Shown here one piece after another: positions 26,971 to 38,180 of a DNA stretch of 64,000 nucleotides. This DNA comes from Gemmatimonadales bacterium (lineage in GTDB: Bacteria; Gemmatimonadota; Gemmatimonadetes; Gemmatimonadales; GWC2-71-9), in the NCBI GenBank assembly GCA_039794085.1, contig JBDIWC010000014.1, forward strand, positions 16,227-80,226, read 5' to 3'. The translations under genes were made by a program, and so were the position numbers. Each line of letters begins with the position of its first letter. The first letter of the stretch is position 1. The notes beneath the pieces are model-generated. The model did not search any database, was not told the DNA's origin, and was given only the letters and a program-made list of their open reading frames with translations.

Positions 26971-28833
26971 ATGGATCTTCGCTTTCACGACACTCCTCCC
27001 ACCGATGCCGAACGCGAGGCCGTCGACGCCTTCCTGGGTGAGCCGCCCGACGGGTGGACCGGCGGCCCCCGGGAGGCGCGCGATGCCCACACCGCCGCGG
27101 GGGGGCAGGACGCGCGCGACCAGCGGCACCTGCTCCTCCCCGTGCTGCATGCGGTCCAGGAGCGGGTGGGGTGGATCAGCCCCGGCGCGCTGAACCACAT
27201 CTGCCGCCGGCTCACCGTTCCTCCCGCCGACGCGTGGGGGGTCGCCACGTTCTACGCCCTCTTCCCCACGACGGAACGGCCCCCGCGGGTGGTGCACGTC
27301 TGTGACGACATCGCCTGCCGGGATCGAGGGGGCGAGGCGCTGTGTGCAGCGCTGGAAAAGGAGGTGGGACCAGCCGGCGCCGTGATCCCCGACGCCAACG
27401 CCACCTGGATGCGGAGCCCCTGCCTCGGCCTCTGTGACCACTCTCCCGCGGCGTTCCTGACCCAGGCGGGTACGGAGCCCCTGGAGCGGTTGGCCGGTCC
27501 GATCACCACCGGTGACGTCGTGTCGATGGTGCACCATGGACCCGATGCCCCCCTGCCGGAACGCGTTCCCATTCCCCAGGCGGGCGATCCCACCCTCCGG
27601 CTCCTCCGCCGCGTCGATGTGGCGGACCCGACCAACCTGGACGAGTACCGGGCTCACGGCGGATACGCGCCCCTGCGGCGCGCCCTGACTCTGGGCCCGG
27701 TGGGCGTGATCCGCGAGGTGACCGAATCGAAACTGGCGGGACGGGGCGGCGCCGCCTTCCCCACCGGCCGCAAGTGGGATGCGGTGGCTCGTCAGCCCGC
27801 GCGTCCGCATTATGTGGTGTGCAACGCGGACGAGTCGGAGCCCGGCACCTTCAAGGATCGGGTGCTGATGGAGGGCGACCCGTTCGCGGTGATCGAGGCG
27901 ATGACCATCGCCGCCTTCGCCACGGGAGCGGAACAGGGCTTCATCTACCTTCGCGGGGAGTACCCGGTGGCGCGGGAGCGGCTCCACCATGCCATCGACA
28001 CGGCCCGGGATAGAGGGTTTCTGGGAGACGGGATTCTGGGCACGGATTTCTCGTTCGACATCGAGATCCGCAAGGGGGCCGGCGCCTACATCTGCGGCGA
28101 GGAAACGGCGATCTTCAATTCAATCGAGGGCTACCGCGGCGAACCGCGCAACAAACCTCCCTTCCCCGTCGAATCGGGCCTCTTCGGATGCCCGACCCTG
28201 ATCAACAACGTCGAGACCCTGGTCAACGTGCTCGAGGTGCTCCGCATCGGCGGTCCCGCCTACGCGACGATCGGCACGCGCGGTTCCACCGGCACCCGCC
28301 TATTCTGCCTCTCCGGATCGGTGACCCGGCCCGGGGTGTACGAGGTGGAGCACGGAACCACGCTTCGTGATCTCGTCACCCGGGCCGGTGGCGTGGCCGA
28401 TGGTCGCCCCCTGCAGGCGATTCTCCTCGGCGGGGCCGCCGGGAGCTTCGTCACCCCGGCCGATCTCGATCTTCCCCTCACCTTCGAGGATGTCCGGACC
28501 GCGGGTGTGACCCTCGGCTCGGGTGTGGTGATGCTGTTCGACGACCGGGCGGACCTGCCCGCGACCCTGGCCCGGATCGCCGCGTTTTTCCGCGATGAAT
28601 CGTGCGGGCAGTGCGTCCCCTGCCGGGTGGGAACGGTGCGACAGCAGGAAGTGCTGGCTCGCCTCGCCGTGGGACGACCCCACGGCTCTGTGGCCACCGA
28701 ACTCGTCCTTCTCGACAACATCGCCCGGGCCATGAAGGACGCCTCGATCTGCGGCCTGGGCCAGACCGCGGCCAACGCGGTGGAATCGGCGATCACACGG
28801 CTCGGTCTCTACCGGACGGAGAGTGCCTCATGA
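26971..28833 (+). CDS. NuoE-NuoF fusion (NAD-linked diaphorase subunit of FDH)
   Basis: VATFY, CDDIAC, CLGLC (NuoE); GRGGAAFPTG, NADESEPG, YICGEETA, ESCGQCVPCR (NuoF). Confidence 0.92.
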   Translation: MDLRFHDTPPTDAEREAVDAFLGEPPDGWTGGPREARDAHTAAGGQDARDQRHLLLPVLHAVQERVGWISPGALNHICRRLTVPPADAWGVATFYALFPTTERPPRVVHVCDDIACRDRGGEALCAALEKEVGPAGAVIPDANATWMRSPCLGLCDHSPAAFLTQAGTEPLERLAGPITTGDVVSMVHHGPDAPLPERVPIPQAGDPTLRLLRRVDVADPTNLDEYRAHGGYAPLRRALTLGPVGVIREVTESKLAGRGGAAFPTGRKWDAVARQPARPHYVVCNADESEPGTFKDRVLMEGDPFAVIEAMTIAAFATGAEQGFIYLRGEYPVARERLHHAIDTARDRGFLGDGILGTDFSFDIEIRKGAGAYICGEETAIFNSIEGYRGEPRNKPPFPVESGLFGCPTLINNVETLVNVLEVLRIGGPAYATIGTRGSTGTRLFCLSGSVTRPGVYEVEHGTTLRDLVTRAGGVADGRPLQAILLGGAAGSFVTPADLDLPLTFEDVRTAGVTLGSGVVMLFDDRADLPATLARIAAFFRDESCGQCVPCRVGTVRQQEVLARLAVGRPHGSVATELVLLDNIARAMKDASICGLGQTAANAVESAITRLGLYRTESAS

Positions 28834-29765
28834 CCGGCTTCGTGCAGATCGCCCCACCCCGCCGCCTGGTGACCCTGACCGTGGATGACCAGCAGGTACA
28901 GGTCCCCGAAGGGAGCACCCTTCGCGACGCCTGTGAGCTCGCCGGGAAGGCGATCCCCACCCTCTGTTACATCGAGACGCTGCATCCGGTCAACGTCTGC
29001 CGCATCTGTGTTGTGGAGGTGGAGGGATCCCGGGTGCTCGTCCCCTCCTGTTCCCGCCACGCCGAGGAGGGGATGGTGGTGCGGACCGACTCGGACCGGG
29101 TGCGGCACAGCCGGCGCATGGTCCTCGAGTTTCTCGGCTCGTCCGTGGACCTCTCGACGGCGCCCGGGGTGGCCGACTGGATGGCCGAGTACGGAGCCGA
29201 TCCCGATCGGTACGGTCCCGCCGCGGCTCCGGCCGCCGCCAATGGCCGGGATCATCTCCCGCCCGGACATCATCATCCACCCGATCCCGCGCACCGGGCC
29301 ACGGTGGCCCAGCCGGTCAAGGTGGACAACGAGCTCTATGTCCGCGACTACGGCAAGTGCATCCTCTGCTACAAGTGCGTGGAGGCGTGCGGGGAGGACG
29401 CCCAGAACACCTTCGCGATCGCGGTGGCGGGCCGCGGGTTCGATGCCCGGATCTCCACGGAGTTCGCCGTGGAGCTCGGCGACTCCGCGTGCGTGTACTG
29501 CGGCAATTGCGTGGCGGTCTGCCCCACGGGAGCCCTCATGGGTGTGGCGGAGTTCGAGCATCGCCAGGCCGGCACCTGGGACGAATCGGCCCAGACCGTC
29601 ACCCGAACGGTGTGTCCCTACTGCGGCGTGGGGTGCAACCTGGAGCTGCATGTGCAGAACAACGAGATCGTGAAGGTGACCTCGCCGGTGGACCACGACG
29701 TGACGTCGGGGAATCTCTGCATCAAGGGCCGGTTCGGCTGGCAGTATGTACAGAATAGGACATAG
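28830..29765 (+). CDS. Fe-S subunit: 2Fe-2S, 2x4Fe-4S and Molybdop-Fe4S4 domains
   Basis: IPTLC..CRICVVE..SC; CILCYKCVEAC; CVYCGNCVAVCP; VCPYCGVGC...LCIKGRFG. Confidence 0.9.
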   Translation: MTGFVQIAPPRRLVTLTVDDQQVQVPEGSTLRDACELAGKAIPTLCYIETLHPVNVCRICVVEVEGSRVLVPSCSRHAEEGMVVRTDSDRVRHSRRMVLEFLGSSVDLSTAPGVADWMAEYGADPDRYGPAAAPAAANGRDHLPPGHHHPPDPAHRATVAQPVKVDNELYVRDYGKCILCYKCVEACGEDAQNTFAIAVAGRGFDARISTEFAVELGDSACVYCGNCVAVCPTGALMGVAEFEHRQAGTWDESAQTVTRTVCPYCGVGCNLELHVQNNEIVKVTSPVDHDVTSGNLCIKGRFGWQYVQNRT

Positions 29766-29793
29766 GACATAGGACATAGGACGTAGGACGTAG
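29755..29793. repeat. Heptamer repeat (A/G)TAGGAC x5
   Basis: Read directly; supplies the TAG stop of the Fe-S gene. Confidence 0.9.
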
Positions 29794-29847
29794 CGGCGCC
29801 TCATGGGACGCCCTGAAAATCGGGAACGGCCCGTAGGCCGGGGGGCG

Positions 29848-30771
29848 TCAACCCGCGGTGATGCGTTCCGGGCCGCTGTATACCGTCAACCGGTCTCCCC
29901 GGGCGAAGCCGACCAGGGTCAGGCCCGCCTCGGTCGCCAGGCGCACCGCGAGCCCCGTCGGTCCCGAGATCGCGGCCAGGAGGGGTGCGCCGAGCAGGGC
30001 GGCCTTCTGTACCATCTCGAAGCTGGCCCGGCTCGTCACCACCACGAATCCTTCCGCAGTGTCCAAGTCCGCTCGCAGGACCGTCCCGACCAGCTTGTCG
30101 AGGGCGTTGTGTCTCCCGACATCTTCCCGCGCCAGAAGGATGGAGCCATCCCGGGCGGCCCAGCCCGCGGCGTGCACCGCACCGGACGCCCGGTTCAGCA
30201 CCTGATAATCGCCGAGTTCCTTGAACGCGCGGTTGATCGCGGCAGGAGAGATGGGGGTTCCCTCCGGCACCCGATGTACCGGCCGGACCACGGCGGCGAT
30301 GCTGTCGGCGCCGCAGATCCCGCACCCGGTCCGACCGGCGAGGCGACGGGTCCGGCCGGCGATGACAGTTTCGCACGACTCGGTCACCGTGACGTTGAGT
30401 TCCACACCCTGACTGTACTTTTCCACGCGTACGTCGAGGAGATCGTGCCGGGACGGAATCAACTCCTCCGTGATGCTGAAGCCAAGGGCAAAGTCCTCCA
30501 GATCCTTCGGCGTGGCCATCATGACCACATGCGGAATCCGGTTGTAGACGATGGCGACCGGTGTTTCCTCGATCACCTCCTCGGACACGGAGGTACCGAC
30601 CCCGCCGACCCACCGTGTGGCGGGCACGGTGACAAGTTCCCCACGGTGGTCAGGAATGCTCCGCCGGGATGGGGCAGGAGCGGGTCCAGGCATGGAGGTA
30701 TCGTCCGCCGATGGCATGATCGTTCCGGATCCGGTTCCCTCAATCATAGCCCCACGACCGGTCCCGGTCAC
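29848..30771 (-). CDS. fdhD: Formate dehydrogenase accessory sulfurtransferase (start may be further downstream)
   Basis: GCGICG, GAVHAA, REDVGRHNALDK, TSRASFEMVQK. Confidence 0.93.
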   Translation of the reverse strand: MTGTGRGAMIEGTGSGTIMPSADDTSMPGPAPAPSRRSIPDHRGELVTVPATRWVGGVGTSVSEEVIEETPVAIVYNRIPHVVMMATPKDLEDFALGFSITEELIPSRHDLLDVRVEKYSQGVELNVTVTESCETVIAGRTRRLAGRTGCGICGADSIAAVVRPVHRVPEGTPISPAAINRAFKELGDYQVLNRASGAVHAAGWAARDGSILLAREDVGRHNALDKLVGTVLRADLDTAEGFVVVTSRASFEMVQKAALLGAPLLAAISGPTGLAVRLATEAGLTLVGFARGDRLTVYSGPERITAG

Positions 30772-31352
30772 GCCGTGTCGCGCGACAGGTCGAAGAGATG
30801 CATCGCCGCGAACGCACTGGGAAAGGTCTCCGTGGACATGGTTCCATCCCGGTGTTCAACCGTGACGGTCACCGTGACCGGTCGCCGCGGGGAGGGCTCC
30901 GAGGATGGCTCACGTGACCCCGTCGGCGAGAGGTACTCGACAATGGCCTCCGCGGTGACCCCCGCTTCCCGCAGGCTCTCCGCCGCCATCCCCCTCTCCG
31001 CGCGGAGCAAGGCAAGCACCAGGTGCCCAGTCCCGAGAAGGGTGTGTTCGAGTTCACGGCAGGCCACCACCGCCCGTTCGATCGCCTGTTGTGCCCCGGC
31101 CGTGTAGGGAAGGTCACTCAGCCGACTTGCACCGGGGTTTCCCGGAGGCGCCCGTTCCTCCAGGACCCGACGCAACGCACCGCAGTCGATCGCGAGCCGG
31201 TCGAGAATGACCCGTGCGTCGCATTCGTCCTGGCGCAGAATCCCGAGCAGAATGTGATGGGTATCGACGGCGGGGTGAAAGAGGCGGCTCGCCTCCTCTC
31301 GTGACGCCTGAACGGCTCGTCGAACGGTGCGGGTGAAGGAGACGTCGTTCAT
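30768..31352 (-). CDS. Clp protease N-terminal (Clp-R) domain protein
   Basis: Two Clp_N repeats: FT...R.AV..S.EEA..L.H..VDTHHILLG and LGTGHLVLAL; no AAA domain. Confidence 0.85.
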   Translation of the reverse strand: MNDVSFTRTVRRAVQASREEASRLFHPAVDTHHILLGILRQDECDARVILDRLAIDCGALRRVLEERAPPGNPGASRLSDLPYTAGAQQAIERAVVACRELEHTLLGTGHLVLALLRAERGMAAESLREAGVTAEAIVEYLSPTGSREPSSEPSPRRPVTVTVTVEHRDGTMSTETFPSAFAAMHLFDLSRDTA

Positions 31353-31424
31353 GCCGATTCCCCCCGGCGGGGGGGGGAGGGGCCCTACCCCCTCTCCCCC
31401 ACTCCCTATTCCCTGTTGTTTCCA

Positions 31425-31498
<74 letters not shown>

Positions 31499-31582
31499 GC
31501 ACTCCTGCGGAAGCAATGCACAATAGCGGCCTCCGGGGCCGGAGGCAAGCCTCCCGCCCCGGACAGGGTGGCCGTCACCCGA

Positions 31583-31780
31583 TCACTCGTCCTCGTCGAG
31601 GTCGTCGAGATCGTCCTCGTCCTCGTCGTCGAGATCGTCCTCATCCTCGTCGTCGAGATCGTCCTCGTCCTCGTCCTCCTCGTCATCGTCGTCAAAACTG
31701 AACCCGTCGTCCTCAAACTCATCGTCGTCGAAACTCCGACGCATCTCGAGCTCATCCAACGACGCCTGCCAGGCCGACAT
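31583..31780 (-). CDS. Small, very acidic protein with (DEDEDDLD)-type repeats
   Basis: GGAGGAG SD; 65 aa, mostly Asp/Glu. Confidence 0.7.
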   Translation of the reverse strand: MSAWQASLDELEMRRSFDDDEFEDDGFSFDDDDEEDEDEDDLDDEDEDDLDDEDEDDLDDLDEDE

Positions 31781-31866
31781 GTTGCTCCTCCACGCGTGGT
31801 GTGGTGTTGAACGCCCCTCTTCCCGTTCCTGCCCCGGGACCGTTCCCGGGATCTTCAGCCGACGCG

Positions 31867-33714
31867 TCAGGACGCGTCCGCCACCCGGGCCGCCCGGGCC
31901 GCCTTCTTGCGGTCATTGGCCTGGAGCACCCGCTTGCGCAGGCGGATCCGCTCCGGGGTGACCTCGATCAGTTCATCTCCCTCGATGTACTCCAACGCGT
32001 ACTCCAGGGTGATCTGCCGGGGGGTTTCCAGCATCACGTTGTCGTCCGAGGCGGTGGTTCGCATGTTGGTGAGCTTCTTCTCCTTGCTCACGTTCACGTC
32101 CATGTCCTCGGGGCGGCTGTTTTCGCCCACGATCATCCCCTCGTACACCGTGATCCCCGGCGCCACGAACATCTGGGCCCGTTCCTGCAGGTTGCCCAGC
32201 GCAAAGGCGACCACCGAGCCCTCCCGATCCGCCACCAGCACCCCCCGCTTCCGCCCGCTCAGGGGACCGGCCCAGGGACCGTATTCCAGGAACCGGTGGT
32301 GCATCATGCCGGTGCCACGGGTGTCGGTCAGGAACTCCGACCGATATCCGAAGAGGCCCCGGGCCGGAACCTTGAACGTCATACGAACTGTACCCAGTCC
32401 CTGGTTTCGCATCTCCGACATTTCGGCCCGGCGGGGGCCCAGCTTTTCCATGACCGCCCCCATGTACTCCTCGGCCACGTCTACGGTCAGTTCCTCGTAC
32501 GGTTCCAGGCGTTCTCCCCCCGGGCCCTCCCGGGTAATCACCCGGGGCCGGGACACCTGGAACTCATATCCCTCCCGCCGGATGGTCTCCATCAGGATGC
32601 CAAGATGCAGTTCCCCGCGCCCCGACACGGTATGGGTGTCGGGAGAGTCGGTTGGCTCCACCCGCAACGCCACATTGCGTTCCAGTTCCCGGAAGAGCCG
32701 GTCCTTGAGCTGGCGGCTGGTGACGTACTTGCCCTCGCGGCCGGCAAAGGGCGAATTGTTGACGATGAAGTCGACCGAGATGGTCGGCTCCTCGACCGCG
32801 ATTCCCTCCAGGCGCTCCGGGGTACCCGGGGCGGTGATGGTCTTGCCGATCTCGATGCCTTCGAAGCCGGCCAGCACCACGATGTCCCCCGCGGAGGCCT
32901 CGTCCACTTCCACCTTGGAAAGCCCGTCGAAGGTGAACAGCTTGGTGATCCGGCTCCGCTCGATCTCCTCCTCAGCCACGAGACCGGGCGTACCCAGAGG
33001 GAGCAGGGCGACGGGATCTCCCACCCGCACCCGTCCCCGTTCGATCCGTCCAATGGCCATTCGGCCGAGATAGGCCGAAAAGTCCAGTGTGGAGATGAGC
33101 ATCTGGAACGGCCCCTCGGGGTCTCCCTGGGGAGCCGGGATGTGCGTCAGAATCGTTTCGAAGAGCGGGCTCAGGTCGGTCCCGGGCTGGTCGAGATCCG
33201 CGGTGGCCGTCCCCGCGCGGCTCGACGTGTAGAAGAACTGGGCGTCGAGCTGGTCGGAGGTCGCCTCCAGGTCCATGAAGAGCCCGAGGACCTCGTCGTG
33301 CACCCGGTGCGGTTCGGCGTCCCCCCGGTCGATCTTGTTGATGGCCACGATTGGCTGTAGACCAAGAGCCAGCGCCTTCCGGGTGACGAACCGGGTCTGC
33401 GGCATCGGGCCCTCGGCGGCATCCACCAGGATCAGCACCCCATCCACCATCCGCAGAATCCGCTCCACCTCGCCCCCGAAGTCGGCATGGCCGGGGGTGT
33501 CGACGATGTTGATCTTGGTGTCGCCCCAGTGGACCGAGGTGTTCTTGGCGAGAATGGTGATCCCGCGTTCCTTTTCCAGCGGGTTGGAATCCATCACCCG
33601 CTCCTCCACCTGCTGGTTGGCCCGAAAGGCCCCCGCCTGGCGAAGCATCTGGTCGACCAGGGTCGTCTTCCCGTGGTCCACGTGGGCGATGATGGCAATG
33701 TTCCTGATACGCAC
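31867..33714 (-). CDS. typA: Translational GTPase TypA/BipA
   Basis: [42 protein letters not shown]. Confidence 0.97.
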   Translation of the reverse strand: MRIRNIAIIAHVDHGKTTLVDQMLRQAGAFRANQQVEERVMDSNPLEKERGITILAKNTSVHWGDTKINIVDTPGHADFGGEVERILRMVDGVLILVDAAEGPMPQTRFVTRKALALGLQPIVAINKIDRGDAEPHRVHDEVLGLFMDLEATSDQLDAQFFYTSSRAGTATADLDQPGTDLSPLFETILTHIPAPQGDPEGPFQMLISTLDFSAYLGRMAIGRIERGRVRVGDPVALLPLGTPGLVAEEEIERSRITKLFTFDGLSKVEVDEASAGDIVVLAGFEGIEIGKTITAPGTPERLEGIAVEEPTISVDFIVNNSPFAGREGKYVTSRQLKDRLFRELERNVALRVEPTDSPDTHTVSGRGELHLGILMETIRREGYEFQVSRPRVITREGPGGERLEPYEELTVDVAEEYMGAVMEKLGPRRAEMSEMRNQGLGTVRMTFKVPARGLFGYRSEFLTDTRGTGMMHHRFLEYGPWAGPLSGRKRGVLVADREGSVVAFALGNLQERAQMFVAPGITVYEGMIVGENSRPEDMDVNVSKEKKLTNMRTTASDDNVMLETPRQITLEYALEYIEGDELIEVTPERIRLRKRVLQANDRKKAARAARVADAS

Positions 33715-33805
33715 GATACGTCCAATCTGGGGCCTGCTCGCAGGGGGCACACTGCCCCATGTCCTTGGCGGGCCATATATAGGGGCCGGAGGCCCGGAAT
33801 TCAAG

Positions 33806-35137
33806 TCATGACCACGCGGGTCGGGGCCCGCGAACGCGGACCGCCTCGGCGTGTCCCTCCAGTCCTTCGGCCGTGGCCAGGGCGATGATCGCTCCGGAAT
33901 CCCTGGCCAGACGTTCCGGGCTGTATCGTACCACACTGGTCCGGGTCACGAAATCGTAGACGCCGAGCGGGGAGGCGAACCGCGCCGTCCCCCCGGTGGG
34001 TAGCACATGGCTGGGTCCGGCCACATAGTCACCCACCGGCTCCGGCGTGTGGTGACCCAGAAAGACCGCCCCGGCATGCCGGATCTGCTCCAGCACCCGT
34101 TCCGGCTCCCTGGTGACGATCTCCAGGTGTTCGGCCGCACGGGCGTTTGCCACCTCGATCGCTTCGGCGAGCGTTTCCGCCACCACCAGCACGCCGTTCC
34201 GCTCCAGCGCCACCCTCGCGATGGAGGCCCGGGGCGCGGTGGCCAGGGCTCGCCCCACGGCGGCCGGCAGGGCTGCAGCGAGTGCCGGAGACGTGGTGAC
34301 ACACCAGCAGGAGGCGTCCTCGTCGTGCTCGGCCTGGGCGATGAGGTCGCGGGCGGTGTGGTCCGGGTTGGCTGAATCGTCGGCGAGGATGAGGACCTCG
34401 GTGGGGCCGGCGATCATGTCGATTCCCACGACCCCCACCACCTGGCGTTTGGCCTCGGCCACCCACTTGTTCCCGGGCCCCACCACCTTGTCGACTCGAG
34501 GGACCGTCTCCGTTCCCAAGGCGAGCGCCGCCACCGCCTGGGCCCCGCCAATCCGGAAGACCCGGGTGACACCGGCCAGGGCGCAGGCGGCGAGGACGGC
34601 ATCGGTCACCCCGGCGGGCGGAACCACGGCGATGATCTCTCCGACCCCGGCCACCCGGGCCGGGACCGCGTTCATGATCACCGACGAGGGATACGAGGCC
34701 TTGCCCCCGGGCACGTACAGGCCCACCCGGTCGAGTGGCCGCACCCGCATGCCGAGGAGGGTGCCATCTTCCTCCCGGAGCATGAAGCCGGTTTCAACCT
34801 GGTGACGATGGAAGGTTTCCACGCGGAGGACCGCCAGCTCAAGGGCTTCCCGCAGGGGAGCCGAAAGCCGGTGGAGGGCCTCGTCCCAGGCCGCGCGGGG
34901 AATCTCCCACTCCCCGGGGTTCAGGTCCACGCCGTCGAACCGGGCGGTGAGCGCCCTCACGGCGGCGTCCCCCTGCTCCCGAACCTGGTGGATGATGTGG
35001 GTGACCCCGGCCACCACCTCGGGGGCCGGTAGCGCCCCCGCCGGGAGGAACGGCGTCACCCGGTCGACCGGCGGAACCTGGACGGTCCGCAGGGGAACCG
35101 GGGTTCCCTCCCCTGCCACCGTGGCTGTACCCTTCAT
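33806..35137 (-). CDS. hisD: Histidinol dehydrogenase (start possibly GTG 35119)
   Basis: [22 protein letters not shown]-like [19 protein letters not shown]. Confidence 0.95.
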   Translation of the reverse strand: MKGTATVAGEGTPVPLRTVQVPPVDRVTPFLPAGALPAPEVVAGVTHIIHQVREQGDAAVRALTARFDGVDLNPGEWEIPRAAWDEALHRLSAPLREALELAVLRVETFHRHQVETGFMLREEDGTLLGMRVRPLDRVGLYVPGGKASYPSSVIMNAVPARVAGVGEIIAVVPPAGVTDAVLAACALAGVTRVFRIGGAQAVAALALGTETVPRVDKVVGPGNKWVAEAKRQVVGVVGIDMIAGPTEVLILADDSANPDHTARDLIAQAEHDEDASCWCVTTSPALAAALPAAVGRALATAPRASIARVALERNGVLVVAETLAEAIEVANARAAEHLEIVTREPERVLEQIRHAGAVFLGHHTPEPVGDYVAGPSHVLPTGGTARFASPLGVYDFVTRTSVVRYSPERLARDSGAIIALATAEGLEGHAEAVRVRGPRPAWS

Positions 35138-35140
35138 GAT

Positions 35141-36466
35141 ATGGAACCTCCCTTAACCTCGACCGGGTCGGTCCCGATCCTCCTCGGATCGGTCCTCGTC
35201 CTGGCCCTGGTGCTCACCAATGCCTTTTTTGTGGCCGCCGAATTTGCCCTGGTCGGGGCGCGTCCGAGCCGCCTGGAAGACCTCTCCCGGTCGGGTGACC
35301 GCAAAGCTACCCTGGCCCTCCGGGCGGTACAATCGCTCGACAAGTACATCTCCGCGACCCAGTTGGGCATCACCCTCGCCTCCCTGGGGCTCGGGTGGAT
35401 CGGGGAGCCGGCCCTGGCGCACTTTTTCGACGGCATCTTCGAGCAGGTGGGAATCTCCCTGGACCCGGTGGCCGCCCATGGCATCGCGGTCGCGGTGGCC
35501 TTCAGCATCATCACACTCCTGCACATCATCCTGGGGGAGCTGGTGCCGAAGGCGGTGGCCCTCCTCTACCCGGAAACCGTGAGCATGTACGCGGTGCCAC
35601 CCCTCCTCGCGTTCGCGTGGGTGATGGCGGTTCCCATCCGGATTCTCAACGGCACCGCGAACTGGCTCCTGCGCCACTCGGGGCTGTCGGTTCCCGGGGA
35701 GCACGAGCGGATGCACTCCCCGGAGGAGATCCGGATGCTGGTCGAGCAGAGCACCGAGGGAGGGTCGCTGGGCAAGGAGGACGCCCGCCTCCTCGAAGGG
35801 GTCTTCGAGTTCAGCGAGAAGAGCGCCGAGGACGTGATGACACCCCGGACGCGGATGTTCGCGCTCGAGCGGTCTCTCTCCGCTCCCGCCGCCGCGGATG
35901 CGGTGGCCGCGTCGGGCCGGTCGCGCTACCCGGTGCACACCGGGTCCCTCGACGAAATCGTGGGGGTGGTGCATGCCAAGGACATCCTGAGCGCGCTGCG
36001 GACCCGGCCCGACGCGACCGTGGGCGACCTGATGCGCGCTCCCCTCTTCGTTCCCGGAACCCGCGAAGTGGAGGACGTGCTGGCGGACATGAAGCGGCTC
36101 AAGGTTCACCTGGCCGTGGTGCTCGACGAGTATGGCGGCACGGCCGGGCTCGTCACCATGGAGGACCTGCTGGAGGAGATCGTGGGGCCCATCTTCGACG
36201 AGCACGACCTGCCCGACGTCGTCGTTCCCGAGGGCGAGGCCGTGACCCTGGACGGGTCCACCCCGATCAGCGAGTTCAACACCGCGTGGGACACCGAGAT
36301 CCCCGACGACGACTACACCACCCTCGGCGGCTTCCTCTTCGGCCAGCTCGGTCGGCTGCCGGTCGTGGGCGACCGGATCCCGGTCGCCGGACGGGTGTTC
36401 GAGATCGTCGCGATGGAGGGCCGCCGGGTTCAGCGGGTCCGGCTGCTGGACCAGCAGCCGGCCTGA
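35141..36466 (+). CDS. DUF21-CBS-CorC (hemolysin-family/CNNM) protein
   Basis: FFVAAEFA, GELVPK, VMTPR, VLDEYGGTAGLVTMED, YTTLGG. Confidence 0.93.
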   Translation: MEPPLTSTGSVPILLGSVLVLALVLTNAFFVAAEFALVGARPSRLEDLSRSGDRKATLALRAVQSLDKYISATQLGITLASLGLGWIGEPALAHFFDGIFEQVGISLDPVAAHGIAVAVAFSIITLLHIILGELVPKAVALLYPETVSMYAVPPLLAFAWVMAVPIRILNGTANWLLRHSGLSVPGEHERMHSPEEIRMLVEQSTEGGSLGKEDARLLEGVFEFSEKSAEDVMTPRTRMFALERSLSAPAAADAVAASGRSRYPVHTGSLDEIVGVVHAKDILSALRTRPDATVGDLMRAPLFVPGTREVEDVLADMKRLKVHLAVVLDEYGGTAGLVTMEDLLEEIVGPIFDEHDLPDVVVPEGEAVTLDGSTPISEFNTAWDTEIPDDDYTTLGGFLFGQLGRLPVVGDRIPVAGRVFEIVAMEGRRVQRVRLLDQQPA

Positions 36467-36514
36467 CCCGCCGGACCCGGCGGCCCTCCATCGCCCCGAT
36501 TATCTTGGGCTGCC

Positions 36515-37483
36515 ATGCCACGCCCCTCCATCGCACCGATCCCTCCCGGCGCCCTCGACCTCACCGGCGAGGCCGTTCGCAAGCGCCGCGCGCTTCAGCG
36601 CGGGGCCATGGAGCACCTCGCCACGGCGGGATTCGCGGAACTGATTCCCCCGACCTTCGAATACGAGGAGGTGTTTCGGCGAGCGGCCGGGCGCGACATC
36701 GGACCCGCACTCATTCGCTTCCTCGATCTCGACGGCCGCTCCCTCGCCCTCCGGTACGACTTCACGTCCAGCGTGGCCCGGGTGGCCGCCACGACCTTTT
36801 CCGGCACCACTCCCCCCTTCCGGTTCTGTTACTCCGGGAAGGTCTTCCGCCAGGGGCAGGACGCGGGCAGCGGGGGCGGGGGCCGTCCCCGCGAGCTGCT
36901 CCAGGCCGGTGGTGAAATCCTCGGTCTCCCGGGACTCGAGGCCGACCTCGAGGTGATCCGCCTCGTGCTCACCATGCTGGCGACCCTGGGACTCGGGGGA
37001 GCCCGGATCAACCTCGGGCACGCCGCGGTCCTGGCTCCGATTCTCGACACCCTGGACCCGGAGGCCCGGGATCTCGCCCGGCGCGCCATCGGGCGCCGCG
37101 ATGCCCGAGCCCTCACCGAGCTCCTCGCTGATGGCCCCGCCGCAACGGCACTCGCGGACCTCCCCTTTGTCATCGGACGCCGAGACGCCCTTCAGGAGGC
37201 CTCCCTCACCGCCCCGTCGGCCGCCGCGGAGGGCATCGCCCGCCTCCTCGCCCTCGACCTGGCCCTGACACCCGCGGAACGCGCCCAGGTGGTCTACGAC
37301 CTCGGGGAGGTCCGCGGCCTCGACTACTATACCGGCATGCACTTCGAGGTGTTCGTGGAGGGCGCCGGGCGGGCGGTCGGCACCGGAGGGCGATACGACG
37401 ATCTGATGGGACGTTTCGGAACTCCCATGCCCGCGGTGGGTTTCGCGCTCGACCTGGGCGCCCTCGCGGGAGTCATCGCATGA
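36515..37483 (+). CDS. hisZ: ATP phosphoribosyltransferase regulatory subunit
   Basis: HisRS-like: LRYDFT, RE..Q.G.E, DYYTG, GGRYD; next to short hisG. Confidence 0.92.
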   Translation: MPRPSIAPIPPGALDLTGEAVRKRRALQRGAMEHLATAGFAELIPPTFEYEEVFRRAAGRDIGPALIRFLDLDGRSLALRYDFTSSVARVAATTFSGTTPPFRFCYSGKVFRQGQDAGSGGGGRPRELLQAGGEILGLPGLEADLEVIRLVLTMLATLGLGGARINLGHAAVLAPILDTLDPEARDLARRAIGRRDARALTELLADGPAATALADLPFVIGRRDALQEASLTAPSAAAEGIARLLALDLALTPAERAQVVYDLGEVRGLDYYTGMHFEVFVEGAGRAVGTGGRYDDLMGRFGTPMPAVGFALDLGALAGVIA

Positions 37484-38112
37484 GCCGGCTCCGGATCGCC
37501 CTTCCGAAAGGGCGTCTTCATGGGCCGACCCTGGCCCGATTTGCGGCGGCGGGCATGGCCCTCGAGGGTGACCCGGGCCGCCGTCTCCTGATCCCCTCCA
37601 CCGATCCCGGCGTCGAGTTCCTGGTCGTGAAGCCGGGCGACGTCCCCGTCTACGTCGAATCCGGCGCCGCCGACCTCGGCGTCACGGGAACGGACGTGCT
37701 CCGCGAGGCCGACGCCGACGTCCTGGAGCCCCTCACCCTCGGATTCGGCCGGTGCCGACTCGCGGTCGCCTCTCCCGTCTCCACCCCCTGGCCGCACTTG
37801 CCCGGCGGAGTCACGGCCCGGGTGGCCACCAAGTACCCGCGGCTCACCCGGGAGTACTTCGCGGCCATGGGACGCGCCGTCGAGGTGATCCCGATCGCGG
37901 GGTCCGTCGAGGTGGCCCCGCTGCTCGGACTGGCCCACTGGATCGTGGACCTGGTCGACACCGGGCGCACCCTGCGCGAAAACGGGCTCGTGGAGCGGGA
38001 GTCGATCCTGGCGTGCGAGGCGACCCTGGTGATGAACCGGGCCACCCAGACGTTGCGGCTGGAGGACTGTCTGGACATCGTGGAACGGATAAAATCAGGC
38101 GTTAGGCGATAG
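37480..38112 (+). CDS. hisG: ATP phosphoribosyltransferase, short form
   Basis: ALPKGRL, DVPVYV, ATKYP, GSVE.AP..GLA..IVDLV.TG.TLRENGL. Confidence 0.95.
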   Translation: MSRLRIALPKGRLHGPTLARFAAAGMALEGDPGRRLLIPSTDPGVEFLVVKPGDVPVYVESGAADLGVTGTDVLREADADVLEPLTLGFGRCRLAVASPVSTPWPHLPGGVTARVATKYPRLTREYFAAMGRAVEVIPIAGSVEVAPLLGLAHWIVDLVDTGRTLRENGLVERESILACEATLVMNRATQTLRLEDCLDIVERIKSGVRR

Positions 38113-38125
38113 GCGATAGGCGATA
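38095..38125. repeat. Heptamer repeat (NTAGGCG) x4
   Basis: TCAGGCG TTAGGCG ATAGGCG ATAGGCG; supplies the hisG stop. Confidence 0.8.
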
Positions 38126-38180
38126 CAGGGGCGACGCGCCAGCGTCGCCCGAGCCCCGGGTGTGGACGACAGGCTGCCGG

